DNA of 64,000 nucleotides from an uncultured Bacteroidales bacterium (lineage in GTDB: Bacteria; Bacteroidota; Bacteroidia; Bacteroidales; JAEINX01). Under the pieces are notes generated by a model. The model saw nothing but the letters and a program-made list of their open reading frames with translations. It ran no database searches and was not told the origin of the DNA. The position numbers and the translations under genes are program-made. The stretch spans positions 3,329-67,328 of the forward strand of contig CAYWXI010000025.1 in assembly GCA_964462015.1 (NCBI GenBank), read 5' to 3'. Positions 51,234-59,411 of this stretch are shown here, piece by piece (positions within the stretch are counted from its first letter, which is position 1; every line of letters begins with the position of its first letter).

Positions 51234-51309
51234 ATGGGAAATAAGGGAAATAGAGATATAAGGGCATAGCTCCTTATTCCCTTATTTCCCTTATACCTTT
51301 ATTTCCCAT
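51234..51309 (-). promoter_or_regulatory. GGGAAATA/TATTTCCC palindrome cluster in the leader of paralog 4
   Basis: Perfect 14-bp arms gggaaataagggaa (51236-51249) / ttcccttatttccc (51277-51290). Inner ataagg/ccttat pairing. A third tatttcccat at 51300-51309 could pair alternatively with atgggaaata at 51234-51243. Confidence 0.6.
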
Positions 51310-51489
51310 ATTCGCAAATTATTAGTGTTTTCTAAAAATCATAATATTTAAATTATTTAATCATCTTACACAAAAGCGTCTACAAAACTTCTTACAAGCG
51401 ATGTTTGCAGGTATTTGAATTAAATTTCTAAACTTTGTTTTAAGACTTGCTGCTGCAAACCCGACTTTTAAGTTTATTGTTTTATAAGC

Positions 51490-51528
51490 ATTACAAATAT
51501 AGTATTTTATTTAACACAATAAAAGATT
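51490..51528 (-). promoter_or_regulatory. Conserved promoter-like block with TATATTTG -7 motif, paralog 4 / array promoter
   Basis: attacaaatatagtattttatttaacacaataaaagattt, compared with 40443-40482. The reverse complement of caaatata at 51494-51501 is TATATTTG. Confidence 0.5.
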
Positions 51529-51622
51529 TTATTTATTTTTATAAAAAATTTATTATATTTTCGTTTATTTTTAATACAGACGAAATTTATTTAATGTCAA
51601 ATAATTAGAAAATACCTAACTA

Positions 51623-54600
51623 ATGAAAAACTTTACATACTATCTCTTTTACTTTATATTATTCTCCGGAATAAATTCACAAGCCCAACATTTTGATTTT
51701 CCGGGAGGAAATCCTGAAGCACCTTTTTACACAATGTATTTTGCAGGAGCGAGTTTGAACAACATTAATTTGTCAGAAAACGATGAAATTGCTGTTTTCG
51801 ATGGAGAAACTATGGTGGGTGTGTTCACTCTCACGCAGGAATGTGCCCCCGAAAACGCCTTTGCTAACGTATTAATAGCATGGCAATTATTAAATAATGG
51901 AAACCAGGGATATTCCCCGGGCAATAATGTAAATTTTAAATGTTGGAAAGCAGATGATGAAACAGAAGTCGGGGAATTTGAAATAATTTATACTGATCCT
52001 TATGGAGGGGCATGGACTGAAAACACTTTTCCTGATGGAGAAAATAAATACAGTATTCCGATAATTAATTTCTACACACCAAAAGGTTCGATTGCAGGAA
52101 TAATCTCCGATACAATCACAGGTGAACCGATTGCAAACGCAAGTATTTCAATTGAAAACAAACCTTATTCTACGACAAGCAATTCGCAAGGTGAATATTT
52201 TCTAAATGAAATCCCCATCGGGGAATACAATTTAATTACTGAAGCTACCGGTTATTTCACAAAAACGAAAAATGATCTAATTGTCATACCTGATGAAACA
52301 ACAGTTTGTGATTTTGAATTACATATTCTTACACCTGTTTTAGTTGAAATAATCCAGGGAAATGAAGAACTAACAATAGTATGGGAATCAATTCAACAAA
52401 GCAGTGACGGACATTTTAATTTTGAAGGAGGAAATTCAAATTTTCCAACATGGACAATATATTTATCATCAGCATTTATTGATGAAGTCGATCTTGAACC
52501 AAACGATGAAATCGGGATTTTCGACGGAGATATTCTGGTTGGGGCTTTTACACTCACAGAAGTCTTAACACCACAGAATTTTTTATCCAATCCTTTGATT
52601 GCTTATAGTGAGCTTATTTCAGGCCAAGGCTATACTCCGGGAAATCCTATTTCATTAAAATGCTGGGACGACAGCGAAGGATTAGAATATTCAAAATTTG
52701 AAATTAGCTTTTCCGATCCTTACGGTGGTGCATGGATTGAGGCATTTTTTCCACCCGGCGTAAATAAATACAGTATCGTTGAAATTGACTTTGCTTCATT
52801 CTTTTTTAATGTTTATTACGACAATGGTGAATTAGTAGCTGGAGATGTTGTTGGCCCGTCATTTACCGACACAGATTTAGACCCTGAAATTGAATACTGC
52901 TATTATGTCAAACAGATTTTAAGCAATGGCGAGGAATCCTTGGCTTCAAATGTTATGTGCGATATTCCTTTGCCTCCGATGGCACCAATTATTACTGATG
53001 CAATTCCCGGAATTGAGGAGATTACAATATATTGGGAACCTTTGGAGGGAATATTTAATGTTTATTACGAAGATGGAGCTTTAATAGCTGAAAATATCGA
53101 AGTTTCTTTTTTCACAGATACAGCCCTGATTGTTGGCCAGGAATATTGTTATTTTGTAACTCAGACACTTGAAGGCGGAGAAGAATCTCCCCCATCAAAT
53201 ATTTACTGTGAAGAACCACTCTCCCCCCCTGCCCCGTACCTCATCAAAGCTCAAGCCGGTGTTGAGAAAGTTACATTAACATGGAGGCCTGTTTTTTTTG
53301 AAAACCCCGGAGGCGATTATTTTGATTTTCCGGGAGGCGACACCAGCAATAATTACTGGAATATTTTCATCAGCGGTGCATACTTAGATGGAGTTAGTTT
53401 GAGGCCAGATGATGAAATTGCTATTTTCGATAATGATTCGATTGTTGGTGTTTATCATCTGCAACAGGTCTGTACACCCGATAATATGTTTGAAAATAAT
53501 TTATATGCTTTTAGCGTACTTTACAATGGAAATCAGGGATATACACCCGGCGACAGCCTGAAATTCAAATGCTGGAAAAACGGAGGAGATGAAGGAATTG
53601 AGTCGGTTGATTTTGAATATACTTTCTTTGATCCTTTTGGGGATGCATGGATGGGAGAAGTATTTCCCGAAGGAAGCGGTAACTATAGTTGCATTGAATT
53701 GAACTTTACTTCTTATTATTTTAATATTTATTATGATGACGGTAGTTTGGTTGCAGAAAATATTACCGAAACTGATTATGTCGATTCAAATTTAATTCCG
53801 CTTCAAGAATATTGTTATTATATAACACAAATTTTTCCTGACCTGAGTGAATCAATCCCATCAAATACAAAATGTGGCAGTCCGTTGTTGCAACCTCATT
53901 TCCCGTTTTACGGTGGGTATTTTATCGATTTTATCTGGACTATGTATATTTCATCGGCTACTCTAAATGGGGTTGATCTGCAACCTGGTGATGCGTTAGC
54001 AATTACAAATAACGATACTATTGTCGGAGTTTTTAATTTAGACCAGGTGTGTACTCCGGAAAATATTTTTGAAAATGATTTTATAATCTGGAAAACGATT
54101 TTTCTGGAAGATTTCACAATGGTTCCCGGCTATACAATTGGGAATAAATATTATATAAAATGCTGGGATGAAGATGAAGAAATTGAAGCAAATTGTTTTG
54201 AAGTAGTCTTTAGCAATCCTTATGGTGATGCTTTTTGCGGAGATGTTTTCCCCGATGGCGACGCACAGTACAGTCTGGTGGAGCTTCACTTCCAGACTCC
54301 ATCTACTCAAAATATTTTGTTTAATTCGGGTTATCAGATTTCATCTTCTTTTATAGCACCCGATGAAACAAATATGCTCTCGGTTTTAAGCCAGAATTTA
54401 AATGATAATCTATATTTTGTTAAAGATGTATCAAATTATTCGGTTCAAAAAGTAGGACCTTTTTGGATAAATAATATTGGCGATTGGATAAATTCCGATG
54501 CCTATCTTTTTAATATGTTTACTGAAGACAACCTCAGCATTGAAGGATGCGAAATTTGCAACGACACACCAATTCCTTTAGATGCGGGATATCAATTATG

Positions 54601-55504
54601 CAGTTATTATCCTAAAGATGTTTTACTCTCATACGAAGTATTTTCAAGTATATTTTCCGATTCATTGGATTTTATCAGAAATTCGGAGGGGAAAGAAATT
54701 AGAAAAATCGGCCCGGATTGGGCTCCCGGATTCGTTGCTTGCTCACCCGGTGAAGGATTTCTTATCAGTATGTTTGAACCGGATACATTAGTTTATCCCG
54801 AAGCAAACGAAAATAAGTTTTCTCAAAATCACTCAGCTGAAACTATTCATTTCGATAATGTTCAAGGTAATGCTCTCAATCCTGTCTGGACTATTTATTT
54901 TGAAAAACCCGAAAACATTGAAATCGGCGATGAAGTTGCTTTGTTTGACGGTGAAAAACTTGTTGGTTCAGTGACAATAAATTCACATATCGAACTTAGC
55001 AACGACCTTACTGCATGGAGCACTTTGGATTCAGGTACAGGTTATGAGGCGGGGAATCCTTTGATTTTTAAATTATGGGATAAGAGTGAAGAAAAGGAAG
55101 TATTTATCGATGTTATTTTTGTAAATCCTTACGGTGATGCCTATGTAAACAATTTTTTCCCTGAGACTGACGGTGAATACAGCATTGCGGAATTCGATTA
55201 TGTTGGAATTCATGAAGATTTAAATCTTACCGGCAATTTTCTTGGAGATAATTATCCTAATCCATTTACAAAATCAACCAGAATTGACTTTGGTTTGAAA
55301 AATCAGGGACAGGTCCACTTATCATTACTAAACACATTCGGGGAAGCTGTTAAAATATTAATTAGCCGGAATTTTGAAAAGGGGAAGCATTCCTATGAAT
55401 TTTACAGTAATAATCTAAGTCCGGGAATTTATTATTATAAAATTAAAATTGAAAGTTTCGGAAAAATATTTATTGAAACTAAGAGGATGATTATAATTGA
55501 ATAG
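51623..55504 (+). CDS. 1293-aa secreted T9SS protein with five N-modules, CarboxypepD_reg-like domain, FN3-like linkers and one R1-R2 pair
   Basis: N-modules start near aa 22, 262, 564, 758 and 1073 (HFDFPGGN, GHFNFEGGN, DYFDFPGGD, PHFPFYGG, IHFDNVQGN). Each has GDE[IV]A[IV]FDG-like and DP[YF]GDAW-like motifs. R pair: LYFVKDVSNYSVQKVGPFWINNIGDW and LDFIRNSEGKEIRKIGPDWAPG. CTD: DNYPNPFTKSTRIDF...GIYYYKIKI. Confidence 0.88.
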   Translation: MKNFTYYLFYFILFSGINSQAQHFDFPGGNPEAPFYTMYFAGASLNNINLSENDEIAVFDGETMVGVFTLTQECAPENAFANVLIAWQLLNNGNQGYSPGNNVNFKCWKADDETEVGEFEIIYTDPYGGAWTENTFPDGENKYSIPIINFYTPKGSIAGIISDTITGEPIANASISIENKPYSTTSNSQGEYFLNEIPIGEYNLITEATGYFTKTKNDLIVIPDETTVCDFELHILTPVLVEIIQGNEELTIVWESIQQSSDGHFNFEGGNSNFPTWTIYLSSAFIDEVDLEPNDEIGIFDGDILVGAFTLTEVLTPQNFLSNPLIAYSELISGQGYTPGNPISLKCWDDSEGLEYSKFEISFSDPYGGAWIEAFFPPGVNKYSIVEIDFASFFFNVYYDNGELVAGDVVGPSFTDTDLDPEIEYCYYVKQILSNGEESLASNVMCDIPLPPMAPIITDAIPGIEEITIYWEPLEGIFNVYYEDGALIAENIEVSFFTDTALIVGQEYCYFVTQTLEGGEESPPSNIYCEEPLSPPAPYLIKAQAGVEKVTLTWRPVFFENPGGDYFDFPGGDTSNNYWNIFISGAYLDGVSLRPDDEIAIFDNDSIVGVYHLQQVCTPDNMFENNLYAFSVLYNGNQGYTPGDSLKFKCWKNGGDEGIESVDFEYTFFDPFGDAWMGEVFPEGSGNYSCIELNFTSYYFNIYYDDGSLVAENITETDYVDSNLIPLQEYCYYITQIFPDLSESIPSNTKCGSPLLQPHFPFYGGYFIDFIWTMYISSATLNGVDLQPGDALAITNNDTIVGVFNLDQVCTPENIFENDFIIWKTIFLEDFTMVPGYTIGNKYYIKCWDEDEEIEANCFEVVFSNPYGDAFCGDVFPDGDAQYSLVELHFQTPSTQNILFNSGYQISSSFIAPDETNMLSVLSQNLNDNLYFVKDVSNYSVQKVGPFWINNIGDWINSDAYLFNMFTEDNLSIEGCEICNDTPIPLDAGYQLCSYYPKDVLLSYEVFSSIFSDSLDFIRNSEGKEIRKIGPDWAPGFVACSPGEGFLISMFEPDTLVYPEANENKFSQNHSAETIHFDNVQGNALNPVWTIYFEKPENIEIGDEVALFDGEKLVGSVTINSHIELSNDLTAWSTLDSGTGYEAGNPLIFKLWDKSEEKEVFIDVIFVNPYGDAYVNNFFPETDGEYSIAEFDYVGIHEDLNLTGNFLGDNYPNPFTKSTRIDFGLKNQGQVHLSLLNTFGEAVKILISRNFEKGKHSYEFYSNNLSPGIYYYKIKIESFGKIFIETKRMIIIE

Positions 55505-55518
55505 CACGAAAGGAATGG

Positions 55519-55785
55519 CATCTGGTGTGTTGTTTTTGTTTGAAATATACTAAAATAAATTCCAGCAAATTTTGGGTTAAAATAATAAGGTTATTAGCTT
55601 TTGGGTTTGCATATTCTACTAAGGTGTTTTTGAAATGATAAGGTTTAAAACCTTATATTCGGTCATTTAACCTTAGTAGAAATGAATTATTACCATTATT
55701 TTTTAACCTTATTAGCTTATTAAAAAAAGTAAAATCTGTATGAAATTTTCTTTTGAAAAATACATCAAAATCAACACACCAGATG
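55519..55785. repeat. 267-bp imperfect long palindrome with perfect 14-bp termini (CATCTGGTGTGTTG / CAACACACCAGATG); MITE-like or structured element
   Basis: Termini at 55519-55532 and 55772-55785. Nested matching arms: ttctactaaggt (about 55613) / accttagtagaa (about 55670), and a central ataaggttt-aaaccttat. Lies between convergent gene ends. Confidence 0.6.
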
Positions 55786-55855
55786 GCAGCCCATATGTTG
55801 ACAAGATTAATGCGGCTGCGCCGAATAATCCTGTCTATTTGTTAGGCTGCGTAAT

Positions 55856-56116
55856 TTATTTGTCATAGTGATATTTACAACTGTAAATCAATAATTCGTT
55901 GTCTGATACTTGATAGACGAGCCTATGTTCTCTTTCAATTCTACGTGACCAAAAACCAGCTAAATCATATTTTAATGGTTCAGGGTTTCCTATTCCATGG
56001 AAAGGATTTCTTTGAATATCTTTGATTAGTTGATTGATTTTTTTCAACATTTTCTTGTCTTCTTTTTGCCATGAAAGATAATCTTCCCATGAATTCTTTG
56101 AAAAAGTAATTTTCAT
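55856..56116 (-). CDS. yoeB: YoeB/Txe-family type II toxin (mRNA interferase)
   Basis: ITFSKNSWEDYLSWQKEDKKMLKKINQLIKDIQRNPFHGIGNPEPLKYDLAGFWSRRIEREHRLVYQV...YSCKYHY. Confidence 0.9.
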   Translation of the reverse strand: MKITFSKNSWEDYLSWQKEDKKMLKKINQLIKDIQRNPFHGIGNPEPLKYDLAGFWSRRIEREHRLVYQVSDNELLIYSCKYHYDK

Positions 56117-56373
56117 TAGTCCTCAATTAATTCCGGGTTAATAATGTTTTTCCCCTCTTTTATTTGTTGAATTGACTCATAAAGTCTGTCTGCATTTGCT
56201 TTAGAACTTAACAGATGTACAGTTTCCATTATTGAATTGTATTCGTCTAAAGAAATCATAACAGTTCCTTTTCCGGATTTTCTTTTAATCACTAATGTTT
56301 CATGATTTTTTTCAACATTGTCAAGGAATTTTTTTAGTTCTGTTCTAAATTCTGTGAAATTTGCTGCAATCAT
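56116..56373 (-). CDS. yefM: YefM/Phd-family antitoxin
   Basis: 85 aa: FTEFRTELKKFLDNVEKNHETLVIKRKSGKGTVMISLDEYNSIMETVHLL. 1-nt overlap with the toxin start. Confidence 0.88.
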   Translation of the reverse strand: MIAANFTEFRTELKKFLDNVEKNHETLVIKRKSGKGTVMISLDEYNSIMETVHLLSSKANADRLYESIQQIKEGKNIINPELIED

Positions 56374-57164
56374 TGTCTAAATGTTTAAGGTTATTAATTA
56401 AGTACAAAAATAAGTACTTTTATTGATTTTTGCAAATTTTTCAGGTTTTTTTTATTTTCGATCAATTTTTATGCAGTAGTAGAGTAGAGCCTGATAGCCT
56501 TCTCAAATTCATATTTCTTTTTTTTTCCAAAGATAACACATTTAGATTTGGCTATCAGTACCCCCTTCATCAAACCGTGTCCCGATTAAAAATCGGGATA
56601 AACTATGAAGTTTTCCTCACATGACCAGCGGAAATCCGTATGGACGGCTTACCGATAGAGTTCTTCATTGAGCTTTCGCAAGGGTTTTCAAGCGTGCATA
56701 CTTTTCCAATGTAAGAAAGGCCACATGCACATAATTGAGGAGCTACCCCGGATCCATGCACCGGTGAAGTTTTTAAAACCTTTGGCAAAACACCTAAACA
56801 AATGATTATCAATAAATAATAAATCCTGAAAAAACAAGACAGGAATTGCTTTGCCAATGGTTTGGGTAAATGATGAAAAATTATTTGAGTAAAACACTTT
56901 ACATTGCAAAAAATCACCCGAAACACCCAAAGACTACCCAAAACTTAATCCTTTTGTGGCCGGATTCTCTTTAGCCGCATCCCTTTCCCTCAAAAAATCG
57001 TATTCAATATCCATAGTTCTTGAGGGTGTTGATTTAGTTCAACATTAGCTTCAAACTGGGTACTTTTCAATTAATACACCTGTTACTTTTTCGATTTATA
57101 TAAGCAGCACTGGCATTATATGTAAGTTTTATCTACAAACAATTATATCCATTAATAATACCTG

Positions 57165-58112
57165 TCATTGCTTACAAAAGATATAACTAGCAAAATACCC
57201 TTTTCTGTCCGTAATTTTGCCGGTTGTTTTAAAAGCAGTATCCTCAATCAGTTTTTTGATGATGTCATCGTTGTATTTTCTTGAAATTTCAGTTAAAATC
57301 CGCTCGTCTTTCTTCAAGGTATATTTGCCCCCGGTTTTACTGATGTTAATTTCCTGACATTTTGTGCTTTTAAGATAACTTCGGGTACACCCGTCATGTT
57401 CAGAATATTCAGGTTCATACTCAAATGCTTCGATGTCGAAATTCGCCTCCAGCTCGCAATTTATACGGCGGAGCAAATTAAGGTTAAACTCTCTGGTAAT
57501 CCCCTGTGTGTCATCATAAGCTGGCAAAACAATCGACTCATCTTTGATTAAATCAACTCCAAGCAGCAATTTATCACCCTGATACAACTTATCGCTTAAT
57601 TCAGCTAAAAAGCGGGCTGACTGGTCATCATCCATATTTCCTATACTTGAGCCCAGAAACAACACAACTTTAGGATGATGGGTTTCTTTAAACGAATCAA
57701 GCATCTGAAAATAATCGCCATGAAGTTTTTTTACTGTCAGCTCAGGAAGTTCCTTTTTAAAACTGTTTTCGATCAGCTCCAGGGCATTGGCAGAAATATC
57801 GATTGGAAAAAAGTCGAAATGGTAACCCTGGTCCAGCAATTTTTTGATCAGTTCTTTGGTTTTAAAACCATTGCCGGCACCCAGCTCAATGAGTTCAAAA
57901 TAGTTTTTGGGATTGATATTGAGGTTTTGAATGATCCTGTCGGAACGGGTTTGAAAGATCTCCAGTTCGGCACGAGTAAGATAATACTCGGGCAGTTGCA
58001 TGATCTTTACAAAAAGTTCATCACCCCGTTTGTCATAAAAGTATTTAGAGGGTAGGGTTCTCGGATTTTTACTTAATCCTTCATGTACATCTTTACTAAA
58101 TTGTTTGATCAT
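57165..58112 (-). CDS. egtD: L-histidine N-alpha-methyltransferase (EgtD/EanA family)
   Basis: LPSKYFYDKRGDELFVKIMQLPEYYLTRAELEIF and IELGAGNGFKT match the EgtD-type (Methyltransf_33) signature. Confidence 0.8.
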   Translation of the reverse strand: MIKQFSKDVHEGLSKNPRTLPSKYFYDKRGDELFVKIMQLPEYYLTRAELEIFQTRSDRIIQNLNINPKNYFELIELGAGNGFKTKELIKKLLDQGYHFDFFPIDISANALELIENSFKKELPELTVKKLHGDYFQMLDSFKETHHPKVVLFLGSSIGNMDDDQSARFLAELSDKLYQGDKLLLGVDLIKDESIVLPAYDDTQGITREFNLNLLRRINCELEANFDIEAFEYEPEYSEHDGCTRSYLKSTKCQEINISKTGGKYTLKKDERILTEISRKYNDDIIKKLIEDTAFKTTGKITDRKGYFASYIFCKQ

Positions 58113-58117
58113 TGGAC

Positions 58118-59407
58118 TTACTGTTTTGGGATTCCAGTTTCATAAGGGTTATTCGGATCATTGCTCCATTCATACCATCCACCATCAAATACTGATACCC
58201 TTGGCCATCCCATCAGCCAGGCATTGAAAAAAGCCTCGCTGCCGCGCCATCCGGTTCCACAATAAAAGGCCAGGTGTTTGTCAGGCGTAATTCCCGCTTC
58301 TTTCCAAATGGCTTCAACTTCCTGTGCTTCACGAATGGTGTGATCCACATTTCGGTAGTTTTCCATGTGGTAAGCATCCGAACCGCAGTTACCGAAAACA
58401 GTTCCCGGAATACGGCCTTTCTTTTCAATATAGTTGTAGCCACTCACTTCGCCAATGTATTCCGTCCAGCTACGTACACAAACAATGTCGGCATCATGTG
58501 CTTCAATCATTTCCTTTGCTTTAGGTACATCAACAATGATTTCAGGATTTGATGGAATCGGAAGGCCGAAATCATCAATAGTTTGTTTAGGTACATCGTC
58601 AGTGGCGATTTCATAACCTGCATCTTTCCACGACTGGAATCCACCGTTTAAAATCCGTACATCCTTTACTCCGGCGTACAGCATAATCATGGCATTTCTG
58701 ATGGCACCAATATGGCCGGCAGCACTGCCCGGAAACTGGTCATCATTATCAGGATCCATGTATTTCCCGTAAAGCACCACCGTTGTGTTGCAGTCAATAC
58801 CGTGGTTTTCAAGGGCCTCTTTTAGCTCTGCACGCGACCGTCGGTTCCAGGTTTCGGGGGCCTCCAGCGCCAGTGTATCCATATCAATAGCTCCCGGTAA
58901 GTGACCTGAAAGATAGGCATCCCTATTCCGGTAATGTGCATGAACAACCACAAACTTTTTGTTGTTGTAATTGGCCGGTTGGCCTTCGTTAACCAATTTG
59001 TTTACCCAACTTGCAGGTACAAGATTTTTGTAGCGGGACAATTGCTCCATAGGACATTCAGCATTGGCTGACCATTCGCTGATGAACTGATTGTAAACCG
59101 TGACATCAGTGTAGCCGCACTTAATAAAATGCTTGGCGGCTTTCTGGCTTTCTGCTGAATTGTACCCATAGATGATCAGTGAATCATCGGGTAATATAAG
59201 CTTCGATCGTACAATTTCAATCCAGTCGATATAACTGAACCATTTGAGTGGTAGTGATTTGGCCCCTTTGATGTGACCACCTCGTTTTTCATCCAGTAAC
59301 TGCCAGCCATTGTATGCATCTCCAGGTCGTATGTCTATTATTTTTGTATTGTTATCATAAATCTTTTCTAATATTACAGTTGTTGATGTTTCTTTGAAAT
59401 CAATCAT
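58118..59407 (-). CDS. eanB: Multi-rhodanese sulfurtransferase, candidate EanB-like ergothioneine synthase
   Basis: Rhodanese active-site loop FYCGTGWRGSEAF near the C-terminus. An N-terminal inactive rhodanese-like domain. 5-bp gap to egtD. Confidence 0.55.
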   Translation of the reverse strand: MIDFKETSTTVILEKIYDNNTKIIDIRPGDAYNGWQLLDEKRGGHIKGAKSLPLKWFSYIDWIEIVRSKLILPDDSLIIYGYNSAESQKAAKHFIKCGYTDVTVYNQFISEWSANAECPMEQLSRYKNLVPASWVNKLVNEGQPANYNNKKFVVVHAHYRNRDAYLSGHLPGAIDMDTLALEAPETWNRRSRAELKEALENHGIDCNTTVVLYGKYMDPDNDDQFPGSAAGHIGAIRNAMIMLYAGVKDVRILNGGFQSWKDAGYEIATDDVPKQTIDDFGLPIPSNPEIIVDVPKAKEMIEAHDADIVCVRSWTEYIGEVSGYNYIEKKGRIPGTVFGNCGSDAYHMENYRNVDHTIREAQEVEAIWKEAGITPDKHLAFYCGTGWRGSEAFFNAWLMGWPRVSVFDGGWYEWSNDPNNPYETGIPKQ

Positions 59408-59411
59408 TTGA

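Noticed and set aside
49287-51309. GGGAAATA repeat clusters as a possible mini-CRISPR or other repeat array.
   Set aside because: The units are only ~8-14 bp, in mixed orientation, irregularly spaced, and limited to two short patches directly upstream of start codons. No cas genes are present. They behave as palindromes, not as a repeat-spacer array.
51185-51622. Invertible (phase-variable) promoter for the lectin array, as known for Bacteroides surface loci.
   Set aside because: The putative promoter block is not flanked by a pair of long inverted repeats (only an 8-bp gtttgcag/ctgcaaac pair nearby). No tyrosine or serine recombinase gene is in the window.
56603-56941. 112-aa and 80-aa overlapping minus-strand ORFs as real genes.
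   Set aside because: They overlap each other in different frames, have odd composition (Cys/Phe/Ile-rich, no motif) and no start context shared with other genes. I reported them only as part of an unexplained region.
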